A stretch of DNA of 63,372 nucleotides, filler included, from Octopus bimaculoides (taxonomy: Eukaryota): the NCBI RefSeq assembly GCF_001194135.2. It is 5 parts of 5 records of this genome, joined end to end, with 100 filler letters (N's around TTAATTAATTAA, not from the genome) between each part and the next. Parts side by side here need not be neighbours in the genome. Positions count along the whole stretch, not along the records: positions 62,289 to 63,372 come from NW_026413894.1; 4 more parts are not named here. One strand, 5' to 3'. The notes beneath the pieces were generated by a model. That model was not told where the DNA came from, did no database searches, and saw nothing but the letters and a program-made list of their open reading frames with translations. Shown here piece by piece: positions 62,290 through 63,372 of this stretch. The position numbers were made by a program, and so were the translations under genes. Within the stretch, counting starts at the first letter, position 1; each line of letters starts with the position of its first letter.

Positions 62290-63372
62290 CTACCGTCCAA
62301 TCTCACTCACCTCACATATCATCAAAGTATTTGAGAGAATTTCGAAATCAAGAATATCAGACTTCCTAGAACAAAATCTCCTAAATTTCAACCAGCATGG
62401 CTTTCGTGATGGGAGGGACTGTCCAACGCAGCTCCTCCACCACTTTGATGACATCTTCAATGGACTAAGTAAGGGCTCCAACACAGATGCCATATACTTT
62501 GATTTTATCAAGGCCTTTGACATAGTCGCTCACAATATACTTTTAAAGAAACTATCCAACGCTGAAGTCGGTGGAAAGCTACTGCAATGGATTAGGTATT
62601 TCCTAACAAACAGGGCCCAGCATGTTGTGGTTGATGGCATCCACTCAAGACAAGTAAAAGTCATCAGCGGAGTCCCGTAGGATACTGTGCTAGGTCCACT
62701 TCTTTTTATTGTCTATATCAATGACATTGCAAATTCCATTGAACACAGCACCATTAAAATATTTGCAGGTGACTCTAAGCTCCAGAAAGTCATTAANNNN
62801 NNNNNNACCATTAAAATATTTGCAGGTGACTCTAAGCTCCAGAAAGTCATTAAGGGAGCATATGATCGAACAATATTTCAATCGGACCTATGCGCAGTAA
62901 CCCAGTGGGCACAAAAAAAAGCAAAAAAAACCCCAGAAAACAAACAAAAACAAAAAACAATATGCAGTTGAACGAAGAAAAACTTGAGCTCATTCACTTT
63001 GGAAAATAGGGCACACTCAAACAACCATATACACTAGCGTCGGGAGACCTACTTGAACTGTCGGATAATATCAGAGACTTAGGTGTAACTGTCGACAGCA
63101 ACCTTAGCTNNNNNNNNNNTAATATCAGAGACTTAGGTGTAACTGTCGACAGCAACCTTAGCTGGAGTGCGTACATTAACAAAAAAGTTGATGTTGTCCG
63201 CAGAATGTGGTCATGGATCCTCAGGACTTTTCAATCTAGGGATCATGAGACCACCATCCTTCTCGTCTCTACATTCGCTAGGCCCCACCTCGGATACTGC
63301 TGCCCATTTTGGTCCCTTCCAGAAAACAAGACATAATGAGGATCGAAGCGCCACAAAGATCAATCACTAAAA
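62290..63372 (+). mobile_element. CR1-group LINE reverse transcriptase fragment, inactivated, running off the window end
   Basis: YRPISLTSHIIKVFERI..QHGFRDGR..YFDFIKAFDIVAH..SGVP*DTVLGPLLFIVYINDI..IKIFAGDSKL..RDLGVTVDSNLSW..ARPHLGYCC; stop in GVPQG and catalytic FADD changed to FAGD. Confidence 0.92.

Noticed and set aside
62748-63160. Short direct duplications either side of 10-N gaps in the LINE (and around the 24828-24978 gap)
   Set aside because: Pattern of unmerged overlapping contig ends or alternate haplotypes rather than real tandem duplication.

Overview
AT-rich, repeat-dense animal genomic DNA from a gapped draft assembly. The SINE families and microsatellite load look like an octopod cephalopod (Octopus-like); this is recognition from memory, not a database result. 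Only one protein-coding gene is well supported: a 589-aa BTB-BACK-Kelch (KLHL-type) ORF at 52754-54523 (+), uninterrupted by introns, with a probable 5' UTR intron and a CpG-rich upstream region carrying an ACGT-core motif cluster. The rest is mostly transposon debris: several tRNA-derived SINE families, RTE, CR1/L2, Tx1-like and R4/Dong-like LINE fragments, a decayed Helitron with an intact 3' hairpin/CTAG end, hAT MITEs (two with perfect 8-bp target-site duplications, one nested pair), foldback elements and long microsatellites. Nearly all other ORFs in the supplied track are microsatellite or N-gap artefacts. The most unusual observations are: (1) the Kelch 3' flank is an array of degenerate copies of the gene's own last codons plus stop (CLTVHx*); (2) a sharp change in CpG decay of SINE copies at about 19 kb; (3) a perfect 40-bp telomere-repeat palindrome inside a foldback element; (4) scattered splice-site-bounded candidate exons suggesting unannotated transcripts. 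I found no prokaryote-type system (CRISPR, operon) and cannot claim a new biological system from the sequence alone. Repeat boundaries are read by eye and approximate unless termini or TSDs are quoted.
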